From a virus, in IMG/VR virus record IMGVR_UViG_3300036761_001135, positions 1 to 64,000 of that record: a stretch of 64,000 bases of DNA; one strand, written 5' to 3'. Both the position numbers and the translations under genes were made by a program. The notes under the pieces were generated by a model that had not been told where the DNA came from, ran no database searches, and worked only from the letters and a program-made list of their open reading frames with translations. The first letter of the stretch is position 1. Every line of letters starts with the position of its first letter. Of this stretch, positions 19,616-31,577 are shown piece by piece.

Positions 19616-21486
19616 GAGTGACCTTGGCGTTCGATCTGGGCGATGTCGTCATTGGGATGGACGAGCATAGGAAATTGGACCTCTGTCTGCGGGCAGAGGC
19701 AATGCACGGTCTGCTTCTGGAGTTGGACGAGCGGTTGCGTACGAGGGAGAAGCATGTGTTGCTGTCCATTGCGACGTTGGACGAGATCGGAGAGCTGCGG
19801 ACGTGGCTGTTGAACGAGATACAGGAGAGGACGATTCCATGGGAGTAGAGAAAGGAATTGGCACCCGTATGCAAGAGGTTGGTAGACCTTGCATCGGGTG
19901 CGGTTGACTTCTGTTGTAGAAAAGCGCCGTGCGTTTATGGGACATGTGATCCGGGCCAGGACTGCAAGCATTTGTTCTGGGATGGGCAGCGGTGGCGGTG
20001 CCACTTGATTGCGATGAGCCCGCCTCATGCAGAGGCACTCTACGCGGGCGAGGGGTGCTGTTGCGGTCTGAATACTTTTCAACGAGAGGGGCGAGTGCCC
20101 ACGCCTGTCGAGGTCGAAGAACTGAGGAAACGACGATGACGCAAGAGGAACAGAAGCGGTATCGGACGCTGATCGAGCGCTGGCAGGCCGAGCAGGGCGA
20201 GCAGAACGGGATCTATGCCGTGCTGGCCGGGTTCGAGAAGGCGCTCAAGGCGCACGATGACGAGTTGGCGGACTGGTACGATGCGGCGGACGTGGACTTG
20301 CAACTCAAGCTGTACGGGTGGGTGGTGTGGCTCCTGGAAGAGCAGGCGAAGGGGGCGAAATAAATACGGGAGCGCCACGAGAATATTTTCTGGATGGGCG
20401 ACGGGCCAAAGGATACATTGAGCGTTCATTTCGAGGCGTGTCGAGCGCTGCGACAGACGGGGAAGATCGACGAAGAGGACGGTTACGGATGAAGGCGTTA
20501 TTTCTCTGGCGTGATGGGATGCGGGATCAGTGCGATGTCATGGTGCCGCTGCTGCCGGTGTACCGGCGTGCGATCCGGGAGCCCTTCGTGCCGCCTTGCA
20601 CGATAGAAGAGGCGAAGTCTTTCAAGAAGAGCCGCGCGGCGAGCTTTCGCCTGGTGCGGTTTCGGGACGGATCTTTTCAGTACAATGAGGTGGCTGGATA
20701 GCGGTTGACGAACGCCGCGAAAGGCGCTAAGCCAGTCCCTTGAGATGCCCGGCGGGATGCCGAGGCCCCGGAGGAGATCATGGCCAGAGATGAGCACGGG
20801 CGCGAACAAGGGTCGATCTACACGGTGCCCGAGGACGCGGTGGGCGACGCGCGCATCTACGGGCTGTTTCGCTCCCAGAGTATTCTGGGCTACCCCTGCG
20901 ACATCGAGTGCAGCCGGGTCGACGACTGCGATCCAAGTGTTCAGGACATCTTTGGCTTCGACATGGTGACGCGGGGAGACAGCGCGATCCATGTGAGCGG
21001 GCTTGATCCGTTTGGGTGCAAGACGGGGCCGGGGTTCATTCGCGCCCTCGGGCGGCAGCAGATCCACTGGCAGTTGCCGAGCCACATCGAGTCCCCGCCG
21101 AGTGGGCTGGGCTGTCGCGGCCCCGAGGTGGGCATCATCGTGACCTGGGACGCGGATGAGGCGGGCAGCGGGCATCGGTCGGACGTCTGGCAGCATCACG
21201 TCTTCTGGAGTTCTCCGAAGAGCTTCCTCACGCTGCGGGGCGTGCATCGCTGGTGGCGCGACCAGGGCATGGGCGACTTCAGCGTGGGCGACCTCGCTGC
21301 GCGCCTGGACGCGGGACGGAAATCCTACATGCGGGTGAGCGGGGACGCCCGGCACGAGGGGGCCTTCCGGCGGCTGCTGGAGGGCCACGTTGGCGTGAGC
21401 AATAACAGGTTGCCAGGCGACCATGGCCCGGCGGTGCTGCGGCGGGTGGGGCGCTGGCGGTACACGTTTACGGAAGGGGAGACGAC

Positions 21487-24117
21487 ATGATCAAGCAAGC
21501 GCACGCCTGGCACCTGGACGATCAACCGGGATGTCAGGAGCATGTGGTCAAGGGCCGGGGCCTCATTTTGAATGTGCCCGCGTCGCTTGCGATGCAGATG
21601 CCCGGGGTGGCGATTGGCGACCGCGTGTATTGGAGCCATGGCCTCTACTGGGTGATCGGGATCGAGTCGGGCGGGGGATCTGGCGGGATCGGCTTGGTCC
21701 TGCGGCCCGAACCTGGGCAGGAGGGGAATCCGATCCCCGTCGTCCTCGATGGGCAGGGGGTGCCCGCCCGCGTGGAGGCGCCGCCGCTAGTGCCCAGCGA
21801 GAGGACGACGAGCAACTGGGAGCGGATCGTGGACGCGTTTGCGCAGTGCGAACGTCGGTCACCCACCGTGAGGTCCGAGGACATGATTGCAGCGCAGCCC
21901 CTGGTGCCCAATGCGAACGGGGATGCGTTGCCGCGCGTGCCGATGGAGGTGTCGCAGTTCTATCCGCCGCCGCTCGATGGTTTGACTGGCAAGATGGCGG
22001 AGACGTTGGCGCAGGAGGCGTGGTTGGCCGAGCAGTTGAAGAGGGTGACGGATGGGAGCGGGACAGAAATGCCGAAGTCGAGCAAAGATCCGTTTGCCGT
22101 GTTTGACGGGATCGATCCGGGATCGTGTTGCCGGGTGTACTTACATCAACTTGGGAAAACTGAGCCTTTGGCGCGAGTGGTGGGACGAGACGAGAATGGC
22201 GAGTTGTGGATGTACTTTGTCGGGTCTCGTCGTCCGGTCGAGGTGGGGGATGCCCAGCTTGTTTGTCGGGTCGAGTCATTTGAGGCGGTGCCGCAGCCTC
22301 CGGTTAGAGGCGAACCTGGGTTCGTGCCATTTGTGTTGCCTACGATGACGACTAGATCGGGTGAGATGCCTGGCGTGGGCGGCGATGGACAAGTGCAGTC
22401 TGGCCAGCAGTTCGACGAGGTACAGCCGGGACGTCCCTGGTGGTGGTGGTTCGAGCGGGCTGGCATGACGACGGGACCGGAGCGGGCGGTGTATCAGGTC
22501 GTGCGGGACGGGTCCAAGAACATTTGGGTGAGCCACCCCCACGGGGGCGTCAAGGTGCAGGAGTTCGCGGGCTGGGTGCCCATCGGGCCGGTGGTGGCGG
22601 TGCCGGACGGGACGCAGGCGTGGCAGAAGATCCGAGATCTGGAGACGTTGCTGGCAGGCGAGCGGCTGGCGCGAAAACGGGATTGGGTAGAGCGTGAGGA
22701 CAAGTCACATGCGGTGCCAGCAGACAACAGTGAGTTGAGGGATCTGCATCAAATATTGAGCACTGCTGGGTACAGGGAATCACGTCCGATGTCTGCCCAG
22801 GAGACTGAGGGGCTCAGCGGGGAGGAGATCGCCGTGTTGCCGCCGTATCGGTATTCGTTGGCAGAACGGATGCTGAACGTCTTGGCAGAGTTGGGAGAGT
22901 ATCGACTTCGGTTGTGCGAGGCGCGGAAGCAGGTTGAGATTTATTCTGAGCAGGTCGAGGCGTTGGTGGCTAATCGGGGAAATCTTAGGGCAAACTTGGA
23001 GGAGACACGCCCAGTGATAGAGAATTTAGTGGCGTCTCTGAATTGGGCTATGTCAGAGCGGGAGGCGAATGCGAAGTCTTGTGGGATCGGTTGCGATCCG
23101 GGAGCGTGCCACCACGAAGGGGATGTGGAGCGGTTACAACGAGAGTTGACGGATCTACGGAATGCCATGGCGAAGGATCGCAGCGAGTTCGAGCGCTGGG
23201 ACCAGCGATGGACAGCGGCTCGCTTGGAATTGGACAAGGCTGGGGTGCCGGACTGGCGACCGTACACGCCCGAGGAGCAGGCGGCGACCGTGTCGGCAGA
23301 CGGGGTGACGACGGATGCCGGGGTGATGATCCCGGTGGCGGAGCGGATAGCAACGCTGGTCGCGCAGCGGGATAAAGAGAGGAAGGCGTGCGCGGAGGCG
23401 GAAGTCAAGATCGCGGCGCTACAGGTCGATCTGGACAAGGCGAAGGGAGATCGGGGCTGGAAAGAGGTGGATCGTATCCTCTCGATTCTGGAAAAGGCGG
23501 GCGGGCATGCGACGACGGGTGCCCCTTATTGGCGAGTTCTGTCGGCGTCTGAACAGCTTTGGGAGCTTGTGGCGGATCGGGACGATCTCAAGGCCAAGCT
23601 GGACGAGGCGCGCACCGCGATTGAAGAGGTCGTGGAGAAGGTGACGCGGGCGAAGGAGGCGCGAGAGGAGCAGTCTTACGGGATTGGTTGCGATTCTGGT
23701 GCGGCCATTCGGCCAGGGGATCCGCGTTCTTTGCGCACGCCGGATTGGGATAAGCTGCTAACGGAGCGACCGATCTCGAAAGACAAGGCCCCCTTGGACA
23801 TCCTGGACGCCAAGCACTGGAACGGCCTGCCGTCGATTTGGCAGGGGCAGGAGCGTGTCTTAGACCGGGAGGCGCTGCGCGATCGGGTGGCGGCGAAGGC
23901 GCATGAAGTATGGGCGACGTGGATGCACTTCCAGAACAGCCTGGTGCGGTTGGAACCACGACCGGGGGGGACATGCGATGCCGCGTGCATTGATAAGTGG
24001 GAGAGGCAGGCGGGGACGCCTTACGACCAGTTGCCCGAGTTGGATAAGTTGTCGGATCGGGTCATCGCTTCGGAGTACCTGGAGTTGATTTTGGGCGAGC
24101 AATGGAGGGAGCCATGA
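21487..24117 (+). CDS. Large mosaic coiled-coil protein (876 aa)
   Basis: Long ORF with RBS, coiled-coil stretches and internal repeats. Confidence 0.75.
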   Translation: MIKQAHAWHLDDQPGCQEHVVKGRGLILNVPASLAMQMPGVAIGDRVYWSHGLYWVIGIESGGGSGGIGLVLRPEPGQEGNPIPVVLDGQGVPARVEAPPLVPSERTTSNWERIVDAFAQCERRSPTVRSEDMIAAQPLVPNANGDALPRVPMEVSQFYPPPLDGLTGKMAETLAQEAWLAEQLKRVTDGSGTEMPKSSKDPFAVFDGIDPGSCCRVYLHQLGKTEPLARVVGRDENGELWMYFVGSRRPVEVGDAQLVCRVESFEAVPQPPVRGEPGFVPFVLPTMTTRSGEMPGVGGDGQVQSGQQFDEVQPGRPWWWWFERAGMTTGPERAVYQVVRDGSKNIWVSHPHGGVKVQEFAGWVPIGPVVAVPDGTQAWQKIRDLETLLAGERLARKRDWVEREDKSHAVPADNSELRDLHQILSTAGYRESRPMSAQETEGLSGEEIAVLPPYRYSLAERMLNVLAELGEYRLRLCEARKQVEIYSEQVEALVANRGNLRANLEETRPVIENLVASLNWAMSEREANAKSCGIGCDPGACHHEGDVERLQRELTDLRNAMAKDRSEFERWDQRWTAARLELDKAGVPDWRPYTPEEQAATVSADGVTTDAGVMIPVAERIATLVAQRDKERKACAEAEVKIAALQVDLDKAKGDRGWKEVDRILSILEKAGGHATTGAPYWRVLSASEQLWELVADRDDLKAKLDEARTAIEEVVEKVTRAKEAREEQSYGIGCDSGAAIRPGDPRSLRTPDWDKLLTERPISKDKAPLDILDAKHWNGLPSIWQGQERVLDREALRDRVAAKAHEVWATWMHFQNSLVRLEPRPGGTCDAACIDKWERQAGTPYDQLPELDKLSDRVIASEYLELILGEQWREP

Positions 24118-24954
24118 GCTGGGGACAAGGAATCGGAGACGCCATGGTTGATCTGGTCAAGGTGTTTCTGTTCGGCATATTTCTCTTGTTCATAGGGATC
24201 ATACTGGGTGGAGTGATTTACCACTATCGTTCGGTCGCTGGGTGCGAAGAGGCCAGGGCCGAATTGGAGAAATGCAGAGCTTCGTTGAATGCCGCGCAGG
24301 AGGAGCCATGAGCGATTGGATACGAGCTGCTATCGAGAAGGATTTGCGTTTGATATTTTGGGTTTCCTTAATACTGTTTACGGTTGGGTTTAGTATCATA
24401 TTGTCTTTTATCGTATTTTACCCGTCGAAAGATGTCATTGAGTTAAAAGAAACACAATCCGACCTAGAGCAAGACCTCGTGAATTGCCAGCTAGAGCTAG
24501 GCAGAGCGATGCTTAAAATCCAGTCGATGGAGGAGCTATGAGGGGTGTTACGACGGGAGCGTTGCTTTTTATTTCTCTTGGCATGGGGGTGTTGGGGATC
24601 ATCATCGGCAGGGTGATCTTTCTACCGGCGAAGCCCGTGGCGCCAGTTCCCAAGGGGTGGGAGGTCCAGGGATGGAACGCCTGCGAGATGGATCTGGTGA
24701 CGTGCCAGGCCGAGTTGGCGGGCACGCAGGAAGAGTTGGACATCTGGCAGCGGGCCGCTGAGTTCTGTACGCGCCGATCTGACGGCGATACACGTAGGCC
24801 CAAGCGTCTGGATGAGTGCCCGTCTCGGTGTCAGGGGTGCTACGAGCTTGTGGCGGACGTGAAGAAGATATTGGGGTCGAAGGACGAGCAACATGAGCTG
24901 TCGATAGAGGAAGTCAAGGAGATCTTGAGGATCAAGAACGGCCAGTCGAGGTGA
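24114..24954 (+). other. Three tandem small membrane-anchored, Cys-containing coiled-coil genes (24114-24311, 24308-24541, 24538-24954)
   Basis: Each has an N-terminal hydrophobic helix followed by an L..C...L heptad. Confidence 0.6.
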
Positions 24955-24955
24955 G

Positions 24956-25345
24956 GTGAGGATGAATTTAGTTGCTCAGTGGAGATCGGCGGCTGTTGTG
25001 CCGGGGGAGCCGTGTCGCGGGTGCCTATCGCTGTCGTATGTGCATCGCACGGGGCACTTGCATACGATGGTGCGGTTGAACGCGCTGAAAAACGAGGTGC
25101 GCGAGACGGAGGCGGGCGCGTACTGTTTTGCCTGCTATCTGTCGCTGCCGATTTGCAAGGTGTGCGGAGCGCGAGTGACGTCCCATGCAGAGTATCCGTG
25201 TGTTGATTGCGAGCTGGAGATGGAGGCGGAGACACAGCGGGAGAGCGGGGGCCGGACGGCATCGCCGACGTACCGGGGCTGGTCGGTTATCTATAATTTG
25301 CAGGGGTCGGATCGGGGGCATTCGAGCCGGAGGAAACACGGATGA
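24956..25345 (+). CDS. Cys-rich zinc-binding protein, paralog family C
   Basis: YC..CY..LP.C.VCG...TSHAEYPC..C, shared with 41858-42250. Confidence 0.6.
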   Translation: MRMNLVAQWRSAAVVPGEPCRGCLSLSYVHRTGHLHTMVRLNALKNEVRETEAGAYCFACYLSLPICKVCGARVTSHAEYPCVDCELEMEAETQRESGGRTASPTYRGWSVIYNLQGSDRGHSSRRKHG

Positions 25346-25623
25346 AATTCTTTGTAGCGACACTTGGGATGGTGGGGTTTGTGGCGTCGGCGCTGGTATT
25401 CGAGGCGGTGTTTCCTGGGAGTCCAGCGAAGGCGTCGGAGTTCCATCGCACAGGCACGCAGCATTGCGAGGCGCGGACTTTGGCGTGTAGGCGGGATCTG
25501 ATGAGATTGCGCGAGGAGTGCATGGCGGATCAGGTGTCGATGCGGGAGCTGGAGTTCTGCCCGGGCTTTGCGGAGTTTGCGGAAGAATGCCGCATCGGAA
25601 CGTGGGATCACGCGGAGGACTAG

Positions 25624-26043
25624 ATGGATGCAACGTGGCGGGTGGAGGTGTTGACAGATGCAGGTCTTTGGGAGTCGGTTCAGATCGCGGATTTGGAGCA
25701 GGGGCAGGTCGTGCGCGTGTTCGAGTCAGAGGGCAGGCCGATTCGGTGGCAGAACGAACCGGATGGGTGTCGCGTTTTCATCGTGGTGAGCCCGCCGAGC
25801 ACGGATGTCGTGGTCGAGGGGGAGCATGTACGGATCAAGCTGCCCTTGCTACCCTTGCGGGGCGTTGACAGGCTGGTCGGGGCCATGGCGGAGCAGCATG
25901 CGAAGGTGTGGGACCGGCGGTTGCGCCTGGCGGTCAACGAGTGGTGCTCGTGCGGGGGCTACGGCCCGGACGATGACAGGTGCTGCCCCGCGTGTGGCGT
26001 CTGGCACATGGCGAAGTACGAGGATCGGGAGGAGGACATATGA
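25624..26043 (+). CDS. Hypothetical protein, paralog family B
   Basis: EVL.D.GLW...EPDG..VF and WC.CGG.GPDD...C.AC, shared with 28419-29078. Confidence 0.65.
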   Translation: MDATWRVEVLTDAGLWESVQIADLEQGQVVRVFESEGRPIRWQNEPDGCRVFIVVSPPSTDVVVEGEHVRIKLPLLPLRGVDRLVGAMAEQHAKVWDRRLRLAVNEWCSCGGYGPDDDRCCPACGVWHMAKYEDREEDI

Positions 26044-26305
26044 GTGAGACATTGCGGCGCGTGGATCGACAGCAGGCGGACGGGACGTGGCAGACGTGCC
26101 GGTTGGCGGACATCAGAAAGAGAGACGTGTTCCGCATGTGGGAGCCGCCCGACTGGACGCCGGTTGTGATGGAGTGCGGGGCAGGTATGCAGGTCACGGT
26201 GTTTCGGGCGGCACGGGACGCCTTCGAGGGGACGTATAACGGGGGCAAGGAGGGGGAATTGCGAATTATGGTGGATGCGGACCCCGTGATTCCCGAGGAG
26301 GAGCT

Positions 26306-26809
26306 ATGAGCCAGAGCGGCACGGTTACGGCGGTGATTCATATCGGCGATTGCGCGGACGAGGCGGCGGTGGTTGCGATATTTGGAAATAGGGAACGGAA
26401 AGCGCCAGACGTTTTGAGCGATGTGGGGTGGTTCGTGGAGGACGTGAACACGATAGGGCTGGCGGACCTGTTGGACCTCGATGATCACGATAGTCCAACT
26501 GCGCCGGGGTACTGGCTGCTCCAGGGGCGTTGCTGGGGCGAGGACATCAACACTGTCGATGGGGGGTACTATGATGGCGGGTTCAAGATCGCACGATTCG
26601 ACATGCTGCCCACCGATTCGGTAGAGGCCGTTCGCCTGGTGTACGAAGCCGTGGGCGTAGACGGTTCCGATCTCGTCGTGGTCGAGGATCTGCTGCGCGG
26701 GTTGTGCATACCGGGGTTCATACGTCAGGACGGCAAGACGCGCCTGGGTAACCTGCTGGGGTTGCTGACGGTGCTGGAGGCCATGGAGGACGCACGCGAG
26801 TGCGGCTAG
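26306..26809 (+). CDS. Hypothetical protein, paralog family A
   Basis: PGYWLLQG...DGGF motif. Confidence 0.65.
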   Translation: MSQSGTVTAVIHIGDCADEAAVVAIFGNRERKAPDVLSDVGWFVEDVNTIGLADLLDLDDHDSPTAPGYWLLQGRCWGEDINTVDGGYYDGGFKIARFDMLPTDSVEAVRLVYEAVGVDGSDLVVVEDLLRGLCIPGFIRQDGKTRLGNLLGLLTVLEAMEDARECG

Positions 26810-28418
26810 GAGGGGCGAGTCATGCGATTGGAGTGGACGAAAGAGGAGGACGGCATTCACACGGCCGCCTTCGATCTGGACGGCGTGCGCGGGACGGTTT
26901 CCATGCGGGCAACCCATGACCCGGTGACCATGCAGTGGCACATGCGGGGGCGCATCACGGGCCTGGGCAAGAGCGCGATTGTGATTCGACAGGCCGTGCC
27001 GGACACGGACCCCGTTGAGAGGGCGTTGGATATATTCCGAAGGACGTGTGAGTACGATTTGCTCATCCATATGGCGGAGGTGCGGTCATGACGCGCGTGC
27101 GGTTGCGGTATCAGGTGGAGGCAACACAGGTCACGGTAGATAACCTCGCCGAGGTGGCGGCGTGGATGGAGGGCACGGTGGTCGGCGTGCGGTTGCTACC
27201 CAAGGATCGGGCGGTGCGGTTCACGAATCGCGATCATTGGGAGCAGGACGCCAACGTGGGGCAGTGGATCGTGCGGTTCGCGTTGGTCGAGGGGCGGCGG
27301 CATGGGTTCGTTTTGTCGCCAGAGGTGTTCGATGCCATGTTCGTGACGGAGGTGTCCGATGGACCACAATGAAACACTGAAGAAACTAAGAAAACTGTTT
27401 GCAGACGTTGACCCCGAGGTCTGGGATTCGCAGGAGTTCGAGCGGGCGCGGGATCTCTTCCAGGCGCTTGACGAGTGGATCGTCAACGGGGGATTCTTGC
27501 CGGACGGATGGAAGCGAAATGGATGATGGAGATGGCCATGATTCCGATGCCAGTGTTGAGATCGAGATCGCACGGGTGCTTCTGGGTCGTGTATTGGATG
27601 ACATTTACAACATTGGGAGCAGGACTGTTCGTGGCTCAGACGTAGGAGGATCTCTGCAAATGGACATGATTCCGATACCAGCGTTGACGTGGACACGCGG
27701 GAAGAAGGGGCGGCGCGAGGCGATCTCTGTGGGCACGGGCGCGACCTACGTTTACGCGGATGAGATACTGCGAGTAGCACGCACCAAGGGGGCCTGGAGC
27801 AACCTCGGGACGTTCCCGGACCTCGATGCGGCGCAGCGGGCGGCGCAGGACTATGACCAGTTGTTGGCGGTCCAGTGCGTGCAAGAGGCTATGGAGCAAG
27901 CCAATGGTTTGATGTTGGCGAAGAAGAGTGCGGAATTGCGCGATCTGTACCGGGACGTGGTGACGCAGGGGACGCTTCGTGGCGTTTACCGGGCCTACTG
28001 CAACCTGCGGAAGAGTGGGTACGGGCATTGGGAATTGATCGATAAAATGGAGGCACTCAACCCCGTGAGCAGGGCGTACCTGGGGCGGGCGTTCGAGGAC
28101 TTTTATAATGCCGGAATGAGGGAAAGATGACCAAGATTTTTGAAAATGCGAATGGCGTGACGGTGCGCGAGCTGAAGGCGTGGTTGGCGGATGTGCCGGA
28201 CGAGCGGCCCAACGGGGAGCCTACACAGGTCTGGCTGGAGACAGGGTGGTGTGCCTCGAATTCGTGCCGCGTGTTGTCTCCCCTGAACGAGCGAACTGAG
28301 GAGGATGGCCGCAAGTCGTGCGATGTCATCTTGGAGTACGGAGCAAAGTGACCATGATCGAGATCAACTGATATGCGGGGGCGCGGACAGATCGGGGGTA
28401 GGATGGGGATGCATTTCG

Positions 28419-29078
28419 ATGTTTCTCGATAGTCGATGGCGAGGCGAGGTGCTGGAAGATGATGGGTTGTGGCATGAGGTAAAGCTATCGACACTTCAGC
28501 GTTGGCAAGTATTTCGATTATTTGATGAGGATGGGGGGATGGTTCGGTATCGCCACGAACCAGACGGGAGTCCAGTGTTCGTCGCGTTGGGATCGGCGGC
28601 GTGGGTATGTGCGGCAGAGGGCATCATGCTGTGCGTTGACTCGGTGCCGATACGCGGTGCGCCGGAAGGCGATGTCATGAGGGGGGACGGCACGATTTTT
28701 TTGGACACCACTGAAGTACAGGATCGTGCTCGACAGAGGCAGATGCAGATCGCTATGTCCATTGGGGTTGGTGCGGAGTGGACGTCGGTCTTGGACGATA
28801 TGAACCAAGAGCAGAGTGCGTTGGTGTCGGGGGACGGGACGATCAATCGGTTCCTTGCCAAGGAGACGAACGTGGCCTCCTACCCGATGGCGCAGTGGAT
28901 GCACGCGCTCGTGAAGAAGGGGCTTGCTCAGCAGCGTGAATGGCGGAAGCAGTTGAGCCAAGAGGTGGACATCTGGTGTACGTGTGGAGGGCGCGGGCCG
29001 GACGATGCAGAGTGGTGCCAGGCGTGCCAATTGTACTATCTTGTTACCGGGGACAGTCGCGGTTCGGTTCGTAGATGA
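28419..29078 (+). CDS. Hypothetical protein, paralog family B
   Basis: Similar to 25624-26043. Confidence 0.65.
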   Translation: MFLDSRWRGEVLEDDGLWHEVKLSTLQRWQVFRLFDEDGGMVRYRHEPDGSPVFVALGSAAWVCAAEGIMLCVDSVPIRGAPEGDVMRGDGTIFLDTTEVQDRARQRQMQIAMSIGVGAEWTSVLDDMNQEQSALVSGDGTINRFLAKETNVASYPMAQWMHALVKKGLAQQREWRKQLSQEVDIWCTCGGRGPDDAEWCQACQLYYLVTGDSRGSVRR

Positions 29079-30083
29079 TGCCGATGGTCTTCTGGTGTGA
29101 CATGCTTACGAAGGCATCAGGGTAGGAACGGAAAGGACAGGTGAGCCGATGGCGGTTCTGGATCTCGGGAATATTCGCTGTCGGATCGAGTCGCATTCCA
29201 ACCAACGCTATTTCAAGATCGAGCTACCAAACGGAGACAGTGAAGACACCTGCATTCAGTTTTTCATGACCATGGAAGATGCCATGCGGATCTCGTCATA
29301 TATCAATGTTTCGATTGGCGGCGATGCGAGCCCGACGAGGCTGGTAGACTTGATGGTCGAGCAGAATGTGCTTGAAGCGACGCTTGGGGATGCACGGGCG
29401 CGAATCAAGGCTATGGAGGCGGAGTATCAGAAGGTTTTGGAGGATGGGTGCGGGAATGCCCATGGTCATTGTCGATGTGTTTCTGCCATGCGTCGTCGGG
29501 TGGACGAGCTGGAGGGCAATTCCAAGTGTTGCACCTGTGGGGAGCTAGTCGAGGAGGATCGACGGCGGTGGGCGGTGCCGACGTGCCATGGATGTTTACC
29601 TCCTTTGGTTCCGTTGGAATTGAATCGCAGGAGATCGACATGATTTCGAAGGATGCGTGCCATTTGTTGGATGCCAGGTGATGGGATGCCAAACTGGATG
29701 GATAAATTTGGTCACATGCCGCCGGAGTCGTCGGTGGAATGGTACTGGCACGAGGACCAACCTTTTTCGCTGTGGACTCCCGTCGGTGTCTACCGCGATG
29801 ACAGGGGCGTCCTGCGATACCAAACAAACGGATCAGCTTTGGCCATGGAGACGGTTATGCCGAACGGGGTGCGTTGTCTCAATCCCGACGATCAGGATCG
29901 GGTCTTTGTGGACCAGGACATAATGCAGGTTCGACGGGAAACCGTGCGGAAGAAGGCTGTTGCGGAGTGCATCGCGGCATTGGAGCGGCGGTTGTGGCTT
30001 TGCACGCTTGAGAAAGATTCCATGGTTGTTGAGTCTGTTGTTTGGCAAATGGCGATAGAAGCCCTGCGGTCGGAGGTTCACAC

Positions 30084-30578
30084 ATGAATTGGTACGTATG
30101 GGCGACACTGTGGCTTGTGGCTTGGCTCTGGCAAAATATGATGCACGAGCTGTCGCATCTGTGGAATGGGTGGAGATGGGAGGGGAGGCATCCTAGAAAG
30201 TTTATTCCGTGGGCGCATTGGCATCTTGGATATTGGTACTGGTCACGGTACGAATGCGGGCCGCCAATGAAGAATGGATCCGCGAGGCATAGGCATACTG
30301 CGCCTATTCGGTGGGCGTCTGTTCAGATCTTTGTCGTGTCGAGCGTGATGTCTGGTTTTTTGTTGGCGGCATGGAGATGGGAGTGGCCGCAGGGCAGTAC
30401 ATTAGCGTTCTATTTTGTTCCATTTTTGGCGTGTCCTATCGTGGATGGGTGCGTGTGGTTGTGGGGGATGTTGGCTAGGCGTCCTGGCACGGACGGGGAT
30501 CGATGGAGGCAGATATACGAGCAGTCGAAGGCGAGCAAACTGTTGCGCTTACGAAATGGGGGCGAACGTGTGGATTGA
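30084..30578 (+). CDS. Membrane protein with HExxH motif (putative metallopeptidase)
   Basis: HELSH next to a hydrophobic helix, further TM segments, GTDG motif. Confidence 0.55.
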   Translation: MNWYVWATLWLVAWLWQNMMHELSHLWNGWRWEGRHPRKFIPWAHWHLGYWYWSRYECGPPMKNGSARHRHTAPIRWASVQIFVVSSVMSGFLLAAWRWEWPQGSTLAFYFVPFLACPIVDGCVWLWGMLARRPGTDGDRWRQIYEQSKASKLLRLRNGGERVD

Positions 30579-30836
30579 TTGGCCCATGCAGGTCGGTTGG
30601 CTATACTTTACGCATGGCACGCAAAAAGGAAGAGTGGGAGAAAAGTCTCCTGTCGAATTTCATTAGCAATGTCAAGTATTACTGTGAATACAATAAGGTT
30701 GAAATGCCAGACAGTGCATTTGTCGAGCGCGAGTGGAAGGCAGGGGTTCCATTAGACGAGGTGGTTGACAAATGGTTGGCTTCGAGGCGGAAGAAGCGGA
30801 TTCTCGACACATAGCTGGAATTGACAGGAGGGGATC

Positions 30837-31328
30837 GTGGACAAACCCAAGGTGATTCGATGCATCGTGAATATCGACGATTTTTGTTGCGTGGATGATG
30901 TGGAGCTGGTGGCTTTGTGGGCTGACAATACGCCTGGTAAGGACGGAAGCTTGAGCCCGGAGGCGTGGTTCGAGGAGATGCTAAATCGGAACGGGCTGTC
31001 GAATCTGTTGAAAATCGACGATCCTCCACAGGCTGGGTTGTGGGTGTACGAGGGGCATCTGGTGACGGACCATGGATCGACCGGAGAACACGAGGATGAA
31101 TGTTCTGGTAGCTTCAACGTGACGCGCCGGGAAAGCCTTACAAGAGCAGGCGCTGTGGCGGAGGCGTTGAAGGTATTGCCAGACGCGCTGGCTATTCCTC
31201 TGTCCCAGTTGTATTTGGAGGTGGGAGTGATCGATAGTGGGTCGGAGTCCTATTGGGCGGCGGTGAACAGGATCTGCGCGGTAGATGATGCGATACGGAC
31301 GATTTTGTGTGTGATCGATTGCGATTGA
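30837..31328 (+). CDS. Hypothetical protein, paralog family A
   Basis: VALWAD...AGLWVYEGHL motif. Confidence 0.65.
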   Translation: MDKPKVIRCIVNIDDFCCVDDVELVALWADNTPGKDGSLSPEAWFEEMLNRNGLSNLLKIDDPPQAGLWVYEGHLVTDHGSTGEHEDECSGSFNVTRRESLTRAGAVAEALKVLPDALAIPLSQLYLEVGVIDSGSESYWAAVNRICAVDDAIRTILCVIDCD

Positions 31329-31577
31329 GTTGGGATGCTGACTGTGGAGGTGAGCGATGGCTGATTCGAGAAAAGCGTTGATGTATCGGTTGACGGCTCA
31401 GGAGGCGTTGGAGGCGGTGCTAGATTTCGCCTTGAAGCACGGCATGGCGGTTCCGAAGAGGGTTGAAGGCGGGAGCGTCGCGGTAGAGAATGGCGTCGTG
31501 GTCGTGACCGTTGTCGATGCCGAACCTCAGATTCAAGTGGCTCTTTCTGGCGCGTCGATGATCACGTAGGAGGCCGC

